Assembly: GCF_006345805.1 (NCBI RefSeq)
Contig: NC_043013.1
Span: 53,010,001-53,074,000, forward strand
DNA: 64,000 nucleotides
DNA from: Octopus sinensis
Taxonomy: Eukaryota
Reading direction: 5' to 3'
Shown here: positions 15,191 through 29,955 of the stretch, one piece after another
Position numbering within the stretch: the first letter of the stretch is position 1
How the letters are laid out: each line of letters begins with the position of its first letter
The notes under the pieces: generated by a model
Told to the model about the DNA's origin: nothing
The model's input: only the letters and a program-made list of their open reading frames with translations
The model's database searches: none
Position numbers and translations under genes: made by a program

Positions 15191-15473
15191 CACTGAAATA
15201 TGTATACATATGTAGATATATACGGATACACACACACACATATATATATACGCACACGCAGATATATTTAGAAATATATGTATATTGTGAGTGTGTGTAC
15301 ACATACGTATATAAATACATATATATATATACATATATATACACACACACATACATACATATATATGTGTGTATATATATATACGATAACTTACGAGACT
15401 ATTTGACAAGGTATTATATATATTGTCGTTATGGCATGCTTATAACAATACCGCTAATAATAATAATAATAAT

Positions 15474-16027
15474 GCCCTGATGCAGTACCAGGCAGTGGCT
15501 CTCATGGCTTCTGATCTTAACTGATTGGAAGTGTTATCATGTACATTGTTTTGTCTTGGTATAAAAGATGGGCTACAGCAAATATTCTTCTCAATACCAC
15601 AGATTTGCTTGTCAGTTGCTTGACCTTAACCAGTTGAGCATGTCCCTTAGTGGCTGACGATATGTGCATCTCTGATCACGAGCAGAAGTAGTGGGGGAGC
15701 ATCATAGCCATGTGTTGAGAGGAATTCTTTGGGGTTTGAATAATTCACCTCTGGAAACATGGGTGGTTCTTTCAACATCCTTAAACAACCCTTATTCAGG
15801 GACCTTTTGAGCGGGATGGGCTACTCAACCTGAAGAAAATTCTAACTGGGCCCCACCTGCAAGGTCATGTGCTGTTTATCTTGATATGAGATCACCATGT
15901 CGCGCACATATGGTTGTGATGCATGTGCCTGGTGTACCCTTATCAGACGGGTAGTCATGATGGGTATATTGGGCTTCGTATATTTTACCCCAGTGTCACT
16001 TTGATGGCATGCACTGCTCTCTCACTC
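15474..16027 (+). mobile_element. 554-bp non-coding element inserted in (AAT)n, copy 1
   Basis: (AAT)n-GCCCTGATGCAG...CTCTCTCACTC-(AAT)n; a second copy with identical ends lies at 36248-36801. No ORF. Confidence 0.85.
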
Positions 16028-16429
16028 AATAATAATAATAATAATAATAATAATAATTACAACGCCAGGTTGTACGTTTCTAAGTAAGAATGTCATCCTA
16101 CTTAGTGACCGCCGTCATAGATTAGTCTTGTTCTCATGCATAATTTTAGAGGTTCCCTTCGAATGATGAATGATAAAATCTGAATGAATTGAATGCGAAG
16201 AATGTTCACTTTGAAACTGAAAGTAACATCTGCTTTGGTTCAGGAAATATTCTCAACCAGAATATTGTAAATATTTGTGGAAGTGTTCAGGAAGCAGGAT
16301 ATAGAGTGATATAAGAGAGAGACGTTGAAAGGAATTGCATGATCTGTGTATGATACGTGTAACATAACGCATTGCGTGCAAAAGTGTATGTTTAATGAGT
16401 CTTCATGCTGTTGTTCTTGTAGTGTGGAG

Positions 16430-16675
16430 GCGCGTGGCTTAGTCGTTACGGTATTCAGTTGACGGTCGTGAGGTCGTGAGTTCGATAACGGCACCGCGTT
16501 GTGTCCTCCAGCATGACACTTTATTTCAAATTGCTCCACTCCACTCAGCTAGCAAAGTGAGTGGTAACCTTATTATAAAGGGCCAGCATTGCCACATTCT
16601 GTGTCACACAGAATCTAAGGGTACGCGTGTCTGTGGTGTGCTCACACACTTGCACGTTAATTTCTTCGGATCAAC
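16430..16675 (+). mobile_element. tRNA-derived SINE, alternative body with tail type 3
   Basis: gtggaggcgcgtggcttagt head, gagttcgat B-box, body gctccactccactcagct, tail gtgtcacacagaat..cacttgcacgttaatttc. Confidence 0.7.
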
Positions 16676-16918
16676 AAGGCGGTGAGATGGCAGAAACGTT
16701 AGCACGCCGGGCGAAATGCTTAGCGGTATTTCGTCTGCCATTACGCTCTGTGTTCAAGTTCCGCCGAGGTCCACTTTGCCTTTCATCCTTTCGGGGTCGA
16801 TAAATTAAGGACCAATACGTACTGGGGGCGATATAATCGATTTAATCCGTTTGTCTGTCCTTGATTGTCCTCTCTGTGTTTATCCCCTTGTGGGTAATAA
16901 AGAAATAGGTATTTCGTC
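16676..16918 (+). mobile_element. SINE family A
   Basis: A-box tggcagaaacgtt, B-box-like gttcaagttcc and the family core. Confidence 0.85.
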
Positions 16919-17154
16919 TAGGACATATACATATCAGTGGGGTAGTTGACCATTATGATCTTCATCTCAGTACATTCTTTTTATGCATGTAGCAAACTGC
17001 TGTATTCGTCCTACAAGTTGGCCACGCATCGAGGCCCCTACTTTGGGTGACCGAAACCAGCAGCTACAGAGCCGAGTCTCAACACCCGTGCAGGCCAGTA
17101 ATTGGCGAGGGGGACCGTGGGGATATATTAAGGTGGACGGCGCCACCCGTTAAG

Positions 17155-17327
17155 GGCGCAGGAGTGGCTGTGTGGAAAGTAGCTTGCTTAGCAACCATAT
17201 GGTTCCGAGTTCGGTCCCACTGTGTGGCACCTTGGGTAAGTGTCTTCTACTATAGCCTCGAGCTGACCAAAAGCATTGTGAGTGGATTTGATAGACGGAA
17301 ACTGAAATAAGACTGTCGTGTGTATAT

Positions 17328-17370
<43 letters not shown>

Positions 17371-17590
17371 TGTGTGTCTGTATATGTTTGTGTGTTTGTC
17401 TCCCACCATCGCTTGACTACCGATGTTGGTGTGTTTACGTCCTCCTAACTTAGCGGTTCCGCAAAAGAGACTGATAGGATAAGTTCTAGGCTTATAAAGA
17501 ATAAGTCCTTGGGTCAAATTATTAGACTAAAAGGCGGTGATTCAGCATGGCCACAGTCAAACGAGTGAAACAAATAAAAGAATAAAAGAA
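17155..17590 (+). mobile_element. tRNA-derived SINE family B with internal (AT)n/(GT)n
   Basis: ggcgcaggagtggctgtgtgg head, CORE-like ggcaccttgggtaagtgtc, gacggaaactga-(AT)n, and a tail ending gaaacaaataaaagaataaaag. Confidence 0.85.
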
Positions 17591-17594
17591 TATA

Positions 17595-17651
<57 letters not shown>

Positions 17652-18092
17652 CTGTGGTTCCAGCTCACGGGCCTAGAGTTGTGACGAGCGAACAGTTACT
17701 CCCTAAATATCATTTCTCAAAGATCCATTCTGACCCGAAATAGACAGTCAGAGTACCTCAATTTGGGTTAAATAGATTCCCCTAGTGAAAATGAGGTTCC
17801 CATCATTTCTGACAAAGCCTTGGGGGAGGCAGGTGAATCTCTGACGTAAAACTTGCAGTCAAAATAGTATGTTGCGACGCATGTCACTGGAACTCCCTTT
17901 GGTGACTGACTAGTAGAACTGTAAAAACTTTTGTTCATTAAATCCAATAACGTCTCACTATTCATCTAATTTCCGTTTTGTAAATCAGATCAGGCTAATT
18001 GTGCGACAGCCTTCATCTGACAAAATGAGGCAATTATCATGACTGTATGTATATATGTATGAACATATGCGTGCGTAAGTAAATATGAATAA

Positions 18093-18138
<46 letters not shown>

Positions 18139-18463
18139 TTCTATGTCTGCATTTTTGTTTGTTTTTATGTTCTTGTTCTCACCACATTTAAAACACTTTG
18201 CTTACGTTCCATAACGTAGTGCATCGAAAAACAGATAGCGATAAGTAGCAGACGTAGATATAACTGCTAGAATTATTATGAAGGTTGAAAGTCCTTGAAG
18301 GTCACACCCCGAGAGGGTGTGTTGCATTGTCTTGGTTATGCAATGTCTTATTAAGTCCGTCCTTGGATTGAACAATAACAGCAGCAACAACAGCAATAAT
18401 AAAAACAACAACAGCAGCAGCAGAACTCGTCCGCGTGTCTTTCCCCATTAATATTTATATTGT

Positions 18464-19440
18464 GAAGGCGGCGAGCTGGAAGAAACGTTAGCACGCCGGA
18501 CGAAATGTATAGCAGTATTTCGTCTGCTGTTACGTTCTTAGCTCAAATTCCGCCGATGTCGACTTTGCCTTTCATCCTTTCAGGGTGGTTGATTAAATGA
18601 GTACCAGTTACGCACTGGGGTCGATGTATTTGACTAATCCCTTGTTTGTCCCTATGTGGGCAATAAAGGAAAAAATGTTTATATTTTTATGGTGGCGAGC
18701 TGGCAGAAACGTTAGCACTGTGGTCGATGTAATCGACTTAATCCCTTTGTCTCTCCTTGTTTGTCCCCTCTATGTTTAGCCCCTTGTGGGCTATAAAGAA
18801 ATACGAAACGTTAGCACGCCGTGCAAAATGCTTAGCGGAATTCCGTATGTCTTTATATTCTGAGTTCAAATTACGCCGAGGTTGACTTTGCCTTTCATCC
18901 TTTCGGGGTTGATAAATTAAGTACCAGTTGCTTACTGGGGTCGATCTAATCGACTACACCCTCCCCCAAAATTTCGAGCCTTGTGCCTAGAGTAGAAAAG
19001 CATAATGGTTTCATGTTTTGGTATAAGGCCAGCAAGTTCATAGGAGGGGACAAGTCGATTACATTGACCCCAGTATATGACTGGTACCTATTTTATTGAC
19101 TTCGAAACGATGAAAGGCAAATTGGACACCGGGAGAATTTGAACTCAGAACGTAAAGACGAATAAATACCGCAAACATTTTGTCCGGCGTGTTAAACATT
19201 CTTCCACCACACCACCTAAATAGTAATAATGGTTTGAAATGTTAACACAAGACGTACAATTTTGGAGGCGGTGGCAAGTCGATTACACGAAACCCAGCGA
19301 TCAACTGGTACTTAATTCATTAAGCCCCAATTGTTGAAGGGCAAAGTCGACCTCGCCGAAATTTGAACTCAGGACGTATACACAAACGGATTGCTGCTAA
19401 ACAGCTTGCCCGGCGTAGTAACCATTGTGTAGGCTCACCA
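18464..19440. mobile_element. Cluster of about five SINE family A copies (three +, two -)
   Basis: Heads or cores at about 18464, 18690, 18805 (+) and 19003-19220, 19230-19440 (-). Confidence 0.8.
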
Positions 19441-20654
19441 TCTTCTATAGAGAGATATTGCTATAGAATAACATAAAGGAACTCATTAGAAAATTATCTT
19501 CAATTTGGTTGGACGTTCTGTAAAATTATCCCCCACCCCGCTCTGCGTAGGCAATAAACCAATCGAACATAATTGGTGGCGAATAGATATTGATTGATTT
19601 CTTGTGTTATATTTTCCATCAGATCAGCATGGTGTGAGCTGTGCACTCGAGTAAAACAAACGAAAGCCTTGATGTGGAATCTGGGAAACTTCACTTCGAT
19701 TATCTGGTCCATAGCTAAAACAAAACTATTTAGAATCACAGCAAAGGAAAATTCATGCAAGAAATGTATTTCTGATCAATAAGAATAGACATGTGGGAAA
19801 AAAGTCACCCTTCTTTGAATTTTTGCTCTGGAAATTGTGTTTATGAATTCCTGCAGAGTTACTCAAACTTCCTACACTCCACAGAAGTATGTACATCTTT
19901 TAAAGAGGTATAAGTTTTGTCCATGCAATTTAGAAACTACCAAAAATATCTCTAATATTAACTTTATTGTCTTGTTGTTGAGACAAAAGCTAAATCAGTT
20001 GACTTTGGTGTTGGTATTCTTATTCATTTTCAGCAAATAGAGCTACTGTCAAAGCGTTCTTAACTTGACCATTCCAACTTAGTTTTAATACATACTCTTT
20101 TTTTACTTGTCGCAACGCTATCGGTAAAATATCTGTTAATAGTTGACTGTCATACAGTGAAATTTCTTCAGATACTATGGTGACAACACTACATATCTAT
20201 CTAACTTTCACACTCTCTCCCTGATTCTCTCCCACCTATCTCTCTCTCTCACTATTTCTGTCTCAGTAACAACCATATTGTCTTCCTGAAGCAAATGTTT
20301 ATTCTATCTTTCACACACTCTTTCTATTTTTCGCCCAATTTCTGTCTCGACAACAACAACAGTAACAACAACAACGTGTAATTATCATAAAGGTCTTTTT
20401 GTAAAGTCTGTGTAGCGTTGTTTCTGTGTTGAAAGACATACAATGGCACGCAGACACAGACACACACACACACACACATACACACATAGAAAATACACAC
20501 AGAAATACACTCACAAAACAACCCCAAAATAAGTATCTATATTGTTATATAGTAAAAGACTGTTTTTTTATCTGTGTAGATTTATGGGTACAGACACTTA
20601 AAATCCCGGGTATATGAAATTAAAACTTGTTAGTTACTATTACGACAACACTGC

Positions 20655-20734
<80 letters not shown>

Positions 20735-22462
20735 ATCTATCTATCTATCCTTGACACATACTCTATCTCCTTTTATTTCTCTCTCAACAAAAACAACTTT
20801 TTCTCTTCCCTCTCTAGTTCTCCCCATGACCATTCCAACCATCATCTCAAAATTAATTCCTTCTTCGAAACAATAAAACGTGGTCTGAAGTAAGTTTCGT
20901 TTCAGTTTCTAGCAATAAAAGAAAACATTTAGATGCCTTTATATCGGCTCCTATTTTATAACACCCAGTTTAACACCACTTCATGTTCTTGTTTTTATTC
21001 TTCTTATTTTAGTACTCTTAAACAAAATGTCTCTGTGGCATATATTTGAAAAAACAACATCTGTACCTTTTTTACAGCAACGTATCTCCCGTCATTCATC
21101 GGTAGATAATTCAGGTTTGACATCGTATTCAACACTATGTACTATCTGGAAGTGGGTGTTGATATCTTGTGTTCTGTCCCATCGCCAATGACTAGACTGT
21201 AACCAAGTCTTTCTCAAATGTATGTATGGCGGTGAATGAGATTTGGATAGAATTCCTGAAATTCACAAATCATTAAATCTCAAACAAGAATGAACCTTGG
21301 TTATGGATATAAATCATATTCTAAAATATTACCAAATAGTAAAATTTAAAAAAAATTTGTTTAATATTTGATTGCTGTTGTTCAGTTTTTTTATATTGAC
21401 GCTGTTATTGTTGTTGTTGTTGTTGTTGTTGTTGTTAAGCAACAAGACGGGTAAGGGTGATTAGGTGATGGTCTAGGGCTTAGGGGCGGGAGACCCCAGA
21501 CCTTGGGAAAAAAACTTTGATCGTCTTGTTGTAGTCGAGGGCTCTTCGTTGACGCCCGACACCACTGGGAGGTGGCCCTCGAAGTCGCTGGAAATGGAGA
21601 TCTCCAGGTCCAAATTCTTGAACGGCTGATATTGATGTTGTAATGCATCTGTCGCTCAAACCTGAACATACGGACCGACTATAAAAGAGTTCTAACCATG
21701 ACCATCCCGATTTTGTTTGAAGATGAATTGTATGGACTAGATTACTCAATATTCCCTTCTTTTTCCAATCAATAGAACAGGATTAAAACAAGTTTTGGTT
21801 GCAGTTTCTCCCCGTTTAAGACATCACGAATGTTCCTCATTGCTTCGATTTCTTAGTGAATGGTTGAGACGGCGTGGAACCATAAAAAGTGGATAAAATG
21901 CATTATAGTATTTTGTCTTATCTGTCTGCCTTCTGCTGTCAAATCTCATAGTAGTTAATTTGTCAATTCTTTATTTTATATTTTTCTTCTCCCGTAGTTC
22001 ATCTCCTAAACATCTACAATACATTATTTGTCAATATATCCCCCTGTAGTTTAGATGATAAACATCCACTATACATTAGTATTGATACATTCAAGTATAA
22101 ACGATCACAGCTATTGACATTTTGTTTGTGTTTTGGGAGAGGGGTGTATGAGCAAAACAAAGAGATTTCAGTATTATTTTCCAAGCTAATATTTCACATC
22201 TTGTTGTGAGTTTATAACGCATGCTTCTCAGAACCAAAGTCGAGCGCCTGATCGATTCCTTCAATAATGTTGCATACATACATACATGCATGCATTACAT
22301 ATATGGATAAATATATATACGCACATATATGCGTGTATATATATGAAAATACGTCTATATATATATATATATATATATGCGTATATATATATATATCTAT
22401 ATATATATATATATATATATATATGCGTATATATATACATATATGTATATATACATACATAC

Positions 22463-22504
<42 letters not shown>

Positions 22505-22789
22505 TATATATATACATATATGATTTACTAATATATCATTATTCTTATTTTAGCATTTCTTATTTCCTTTGGTGGTGGTCGTGGTTGTGGGTAAGTTATA
22601 TATTTTGAATTAGTTTTTTCTGTACCCTTTTTCTATTTTTTTTTTCACTTTACATTTCTTTCTTTTTTCTAGCTTTTGGTTTTTTCACAGAATAATCGAA
22701 GTACAAATCTAAAGAGAATTGAATTTGAAATACAAACTTCTACAAGATCTCCGCCATTATTTGAATATGTTTAAATTTCTACAGTCGTA

Positions 22790-23070
22790 GAAAAGAAGCA
22801 GAAATAGAAGGCAAAGAAGAACAAGAAGAAGAAAAGGACGAAGAACAAGAAGAAGAGGAGGAGGAGGAGGAGGAAGAAGAAGAAGAAGAAGAAGAAGAAG
22901 AAGAAGAAGAAGAAGAAGAAGAAGAAAGAAGAAGAAGAAACGAAGAAAAGAATTATAAGATGAAAATAATTATGATAATGCTGCTGCTGATAATAATAAT
23001 AATAATAACAGAAGAAGAAGAAGAAGAAGAAGAAGAAGAAGGAAGAAGAAGAAGAAGAAGAAGAAGAAGA
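22790..23070. repeat. (AAG)n polypurine tracts interrupted by (AAT)n
   Basis: Read directly. Confidence 0.95.
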
Positions 23071-23975
23071 GATATGCAGTAAAATTCTTTGATATTTTCC
23101 ATATCCTAATACCATTATCCAATGTGGGTTTCTTTATATATTTTTTATGCAGTATAATCTTCACATGCACATATGCACGTATGCATGTATGTGTGCATGC
23201 ATGTATGTATGTATGTATTCATGTATATATGTGATATATATATATGTGTGTGTGTGTGTGTGTATGAATATGTATGTATGTCTATAAATGTGTATGTTTA
23301 AATATATATGCAATATTTTTTCTTGTATGGTTTTCGATATTTCTTCACTGCAGGAATATCTGCGGTTCTACCAGTCATCAATGCCAGGCAGTATATTCAC
23401 CTCTTAATGTATATTTATGTAAAGGGTAATATATTGTTATGCATGGCTTGATTCAAGTTAATAGAAACTGTCTCATCGCGATGCTTTCGGGGTGGGAGAG
23501 ATAGAAAGAATAGTATAAAGCTATCGGTTGTAGAAGGAAATTTTTTTAAAAAATGTAATAAAACATTAAAAATACAGAATTTGCAAAAATCTTCTTTTAT
23601 TCAACAAGCTAAGCTGTTCATGTATTATACATACATACATAATAGATACATGCACACGTACATATAAACACGCATATTTACATATCTACATAAGTGTATA
23701 TGTGTGTATGTGTGTGTACGTATGTGTGCGTGTATAGGTATATATATATATATATGCATACAAATGTACGTATGTATGAATGTATGTATGAATGTATGTA
23801 TGAATGTATTATGTATGTATGTATGTGTGTATGTATGTATTTATGTATGTATTTTGAGATATTTGACTTTCATGGACTTTCCATATGCATTCGTATGCAA
23901 ATAGAAATATTTTAAACATTTTAAGTTTTTCCTCCTTCCCAGAGAAAATGTCATTAAATTTTCACTTTTTATAGA

Positions 23976-24028
<53 letters not shown>

Positions 24029-24481
24029 TAATAATAATAATGATGATTATAATAATAACAGCAACAACTCTTATTTTGGTACAATGCCAACGATTTTGCG
24101 AGATGGAAAATTCGATAGCATTAACCCGATTGACCCCAGTGTTCAGCTGGTACTTATTTTTTTCGACTCCGAAACGATGAATGACAGAGCCAGCCTCCGG
24201 TCAGCTCGACCTTACCTTTTCAATGGCACAAAGCGGCAGCTGAGGGTACGTTACGGTCACAGTTTACAAGTAAATATGGCGGATAGAAGCCGGTTGAGAA
24301 ATCAACTGAATGAAAGAAAAAGATCGGGAAAATACTGTACACAACATACTGGCCTGTGTACTCAACAAGAGGTATAGCGAAGTCTAACCCACTTAATGAT
24401 CATCTGGATAATCCTAAATAACGAATATGAGTTCTTACTCTAAGCTAAGATATGCCGGCCGAGTGATACTTATATATTTTT

Positions 24482-24706
24482 TTATTACCCACAAGGGGCT
24501 AAACATAGAGGGGACAAACAAGGACAGACAAACGGATTAAGTCGATTACATCAACCCCAGTGCGTAACTAGTACTTTATTTATCGACCCCGAAAGGATGG
24601 AAGGCAAAGTCGACCTCAGCGGAATTTGAACTCAGAACGTAACGGCAGACGAATTATCGCTAAGAATTTCGCCCGACGTGCTAACGTTTCTGCCAGCTCG
24701 GCGCCT
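24482..24706 (-). mobile_element. SINE family A, full length
   Basis: Reverse complement of head, core and tail (cccttgtgggtaata). Confidence 0.9.
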
Positions 24707-25118
24707 CACGAGTGATACTTATAGAGTGTAATACACGTCACTCATTTGCATAAACGAGAAGATACATTCTTTGATGGGACCGAAAAATCTCCGATGATTA
24801 TGATGAAAAGGTTTGTGAAATCGAATCAACTAATACTACCGAAGACAGATATTTTATTTGTCTCCCAAACTCCCAATGACCTTTACACATTCCGCTTAGA
24901 AAGGAAAATGAGAGTGACAAAATAGGAGATATGATGATATAATTTCATGGAAAGCCAAAGAAATGTAACGAAGGAGTGAAGGGAGCTACCCTCAACAAAT
25001 ACCAATGGGCTGGGATCATAGTTTGGAGTAAGAACACATATTTGGTATTCAGCACTATACTGGATAAGAGATCAATAAGTGGGGTTTTGTGTATTCGCTA
25101 TACTGTATGGTCTACTAA

Positions 25119-25180
<62 letters not shown>

Positions 25181-25414
25181 TATATATATAGGTCGTCTTT
25201 GCCTTTCATCATTTAGGGGTCGATAAATAAAGTAACAGTTTCGCACTGGGGTCAATGTAATCGATTTAATCACTTTGTCTGTCCTTGTTTGTCCCCTCTA
25301 TGTTTAGTCCCTTGTAGGCAGTAAAGAAAAATATATATATGTGTGTGTGTGTGTATAGAGATAGATAGATAGATAGACAGACATACAGACAGATAGATAG
25401 ATAGAAAGATAGAC

Positions 25415-25488
<74 letters not shown>

Positions 25489-26787
25489 CAAACAGAGAGA
25501 TATGGGGAGAGAGAGAGAGAGATTCGAATCGAACACTGGAACATTAAAAGTGACAAAATAACAAGAGGATAGGCACACGGAAAGTATCAGTTTTAGGCTC
25601 GGTAAAAAGTGAGTGTTTTGACGTTTCGAGCAAGGTCCTTCATCATCAAGGAGCGGTGCTCCTTTCAGTTTACGTCTACTCACAAGACTTTGGTCGGCCT
25701 GTGACTATAGTAGAGAATACTTGCCCAAGATGCGATTCAGTAAAACTGAGTCCGAGTCCATGTGGGTGGGAAGTAAAAGTTTTGCAACACAACCACTTTT
25801 TAGGATTCGGCTTCTGCCAAGTAACACTAATAACCCATTGCTAGAACTCAACTTAATTAGGGTCAATGGTGAAGTATCAGTGATTAAAAAGGTCAATGAA
25901 TAATTAAAGGACAAACGTTACGTAAGACATTCATTGTGTTTCTGCTACAAGAATCATTGCACTTAGGACTGAGCGCTCGTACTACATTTCGTAGCTTCCT
26001 CAGAGCTATTTAAATTATGTGCGCGTGTGTATATGTGTGCGTGTGTATGTACGTACCTGTTTGTTTGTAAAGGTGTGCGAGTGTGTATGCCTCTGTGTGT
26101 GTATATGTGTGTGTGTGTTTGTGTGTGTATGTGCGTGTTTGTGTATGTGTGTAAATGTGTGTATATTTTACTTGTGTTGCCTTGCTTTCGGATCTGTAAA
26201 TTCTTGATAGATTCGCAGCAATTTTGATATGCAGAATTAACTCAGCAGGGATTTTATTTCAGAAAATAATTGTTTAGAACTACGCATCCTAGAGGCACTC
26301 TTCTCTGGCTCCACCTTTTCGTGTCATTCTCCGCAAATAATAATCCCATGTTTCAGCAATTACCAAAAGACAGCAATTGTGTATTTTAGTTGCTATTTCG
26401 TTGTCATTTAATACAAACTGAAAGCCAGTCTCTACATAATGCCGACATTTCCACACCCTTTTCCTAAATTTAATTTGAAACCGACGCAAATGAAATTATT
26501 TCAATTATAAAATAATTTCTCAAATTAATTTTTGATCCAACCTTGGATTCATAAAATATATTTGAAATGCATTGTTTCAACCGTCTTTACACGCACACCT
26601 CATTTCCAATTATTGTAGATGAACCACTTCTTTGTAATAACCATCAGCATCAGAATCGTGTATACCATCATCATCATCATCATCCTCATCATCATCATCA
26701 ACATTGTCGTCGTCGTTGTCATCATCATCATCATCACCCACAGCAGCAGCATCTTCATCATCGTTTAATCTCAAGCAATTATATTTG

Positions 26788-27010
26788 AGGCGCGTGGTGT
26801 AGTGAGTAAAGTGCTGGGTTCGCAATCGTAAGATTGTGGTTGCGATTCCTGGACCGGAACACTTTCTTTCACGCTGTTCCAGTCCACTCAGTTGGCGAAA
26901 TTGAGTTAATCCTGCGACGGCCCAGGGTTCCGTCCACGTGGGGAATATATATCCGCCACAGAAATCGAGGGAACGGCCTTACGAATCCTTATGACTCGGG
27001 AAAGAAATTT
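26788..27010 (+). mobile_element. tRNA-derived SINE, alternative body with tail type 2-like end
   Basis: gaggcgcgtggtgtagtg head, body gctgttccagtccactcagttgg, tail cctgcgacggcccagggttccgtcc. Confidence 0.6.
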
Positions 27011-27064
27011 ACTTTACCTTTTTATTATATAAAAAAGAAAATCCTTATTAACAATGTTTTCAAA

Positions 27065-27586
<522 letters not shown>

Positions 27587-27588
27587 CA

Positions 27589-27835
27589 TCATTTCTCTCT
27601 ATCACATGTTTTCTTCGAGCTCCTGGAGTCTTGAATGTATAGCAGGCTTTCTACCTGCAGCCAGTGGTACTATGCTATCCATTCTTTTTAACTATCTAAT
27701 GCTTTCCTGATTATTCTGGCCGTGCCAAACAGGTAAACCTTTTGTAACAGTTCTACTGGGCACTCTATTCCAATTTCCTTTATATTCCACTTTCTGCATT
27801 CTCATACTCTTCCCAAGCCGTGCTGTTACTAACAT
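27589..27835 (-). mobile_element. R4/Dong-like non-LTR element family A, 3' end, copy 1
   Basis: Minus strand encodes EIGIECPVELLQKVYLFGTARIIRKALDS*, a typical RLE C-terminus, then a short 3' UTR running into (AAT)n. Confidence 0.65.
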
Positions 27836-27850
27836 TATCATTATCATTAC

Positions 27851-27945
<95 letters not shown>

Positions 27946-27948
27946 CAT

Positions 27949-28195
27949 CATTTCTCTCTATCACATGTTTTCTTCGAGCTCCTGGAGTCTTGAATGTATA
28001 GCAGGCTTTCTACCTGCAGCCAGTGGTACTATGCTATCCATTCTTTTTAACTATCTAATGCTTTCCTGATTATTCTGGCCGTGCCAAACAGGTAAACCTT
28101 TTGTAACAGTTCTACTGGGCACTCTATTCCAATTTCCTTTATATTCCACTTTCTGCATTCTCATACTCTTCCCAAGCCGTGCTGTTACTAACATT
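27949..28195 (-). mobile_element. R4/Dong-like family A, 3' end, copy 2 (tandem duplicate, 360-bp period)
   Basis: Apparently identical to 27589-27835 and separated from it by (ATT)n. Confidence 0.65.
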
Positions 28196-28209
28196 ATCAT
28201 TATCATTAC

Positions 28210-28289
<80 letters not shown>

Positions 28290-28397
28290 CATTATTACTA
28301 TTATTATTATTATTATTATTACTATTATTATTATTACTATTATTATTATTACTATTATTATTACTATTATTATAGACATCATTATTATTATTATTAT

Positions 28398-29775
28398 TCT
28401 ATGTTTGACTTTTGCTTTATGTCTGTACAAGTTGGCTCCAAGTCTCACCCAGAGACCTCAAGAGACAACAGGTTGGAAGTTCTGTGCCATATATTTGTTT
28501 TTTTTTGTTGGTGTTGTACTAGTGAATGTCTAATACATAAAAAATAAAAATAAAAAAAAAATAAATAAAAATAAAAATAAATAAATAAAAGTTTGTTTTA
28601 AACCTTGGGATTACATAGAGAGTATTTTGCGTAGGATATGAGCAGTTCCCATGAGCACTATCTTTTGAATTTCTGCCATATTGGGGTTTCCTGGTATCTG
28701 AGTTAGGTAGCAATCAGTCCCTTTCGCTATCATTCCCAGGGCACCTATGACAACAGGTATTGTTTTAGTCTTCAGCTTCCACATTTTGCTGATTTCTATT
28801 TCAAGATCTTTATATTTGCTCAGTTTTGGTAGGTCTTGACAGATACGTTTATATCGATTGGGACAGTCATATCAATGAGGAGGCATGTTCTTTGTCTGAA
28901 GTCTTTCAATATAATGTCTGGCCTATTTGCATCTATCGTCCTGTCAGTTTGAATGGTGAAGTTCCAGAGGAGTGAGATGTGGTCATTTTCAAGCACAGGA
29001 GGTGGATTGTGTTCCCACCAGTTTTTTTCATGGGGCAAATCCAGGTTTTTGCAAATTACCCAGTGAATATATTGTGCAGCTCTATCATGCCTGTTGAGGT
29101 ACTCTGTAGGCGCTAGAAGACTGCATTTGGAGACAACATGGTCAATGGTTTCATTTTCTTGTCGGCATACACGACATGGTGGGCTACTGCCGTTCTTTAA
29201 TATGTTGGCCTGGTAGTTTCTTGTTGGTAGGCATTGATCTTGAGCTGCTATGATAAACCCCTCTGTTTCAGATTTTAAGCCAGAGGCCATTAGCCATTGA
29301 TGGGTCAGGGCTTTCTCGATATCTGCATTGTTCGCTCTCTTTGGGTAATTGCCATAGAGAAGTTTTTCTTGCCATTTATTATTCAGAATATCTAAGGCCG
29401 CATTTTTGGCACGGGTTTTCATGCGCCTAGCTTTTTCAGTGCTTGTTTCTTGTATATCTATCTCTAATTCCGAAATTGGTTGTATTCGGAATTCACTTAG
29501 ATATTCCTTTGCCTGTTTTTTGACTGAGTATGATGCTTTCTTGTTTTCATGTTTTGAGACAAGTTTTAACATCCAGTCCTCAGAGTTTTTCAGGTAGGTG
29601 TCTAGGCCAATTGTAGCAATCTTCATTGTTATTGCCAGTTGCAAAACACCACGGCCTCCCTCTTTTCTTGGCAGATAGAGTCGTTCTGTATCTGCCCTGG
29701 GGTGGTGCATTCTATGCATTGTCAACAGTTTCCTTATTTTTCTGTCGAGCTGACATATTTCAGTAATTGACCAGT
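28398..29775 (-). mobile_element. 5'-truncated R4/Dong-like non-LTR retrotransposon family B, copy 1
   Basis: RT thumb (MHHPRAD.ERLY..RKEGGRG), GLKSETEG.IIAAQDQ, CCHC finger (CRVC..ENETIDHVVSKC) and RLE (NRPDIILKD...LIDM). 3' UTR ends in (AAT)n; both flanks are ATT/TAA arrays. Confidence 0.9.
28611..29775 (-). pseudogene. RT-thumb/CCHC/RLE ORF remnant of family B copy 1
   Basis: ORF 28820-29725 plus the true C-terminus (LSKYKDLEIEISKMWKLKTKTIPVVIGALG...LRKILSM*, stop at 28611-28613), recovered by adding one A to the A-run at about 28823. Confidence 0.85.
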
Positions 29776-29955
29776 AATAATAATAATAATTATTATTATT
29801 ATTACTATTATATTATTATTATTACTTTTATTATTATTATCATTATTACTATTATTATTATTATTATTATTACTATATTATTATTACTATTATTATAATT
29901 ACTATTATTATTACTATTATTATAGACATCATTATTATTATATTATTATTATTAT

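Noticed and set aside
19594-19782. 62-aa ORF after a polypyrimidine-AG
   Set aside because: No donor site, no recognisable domain.
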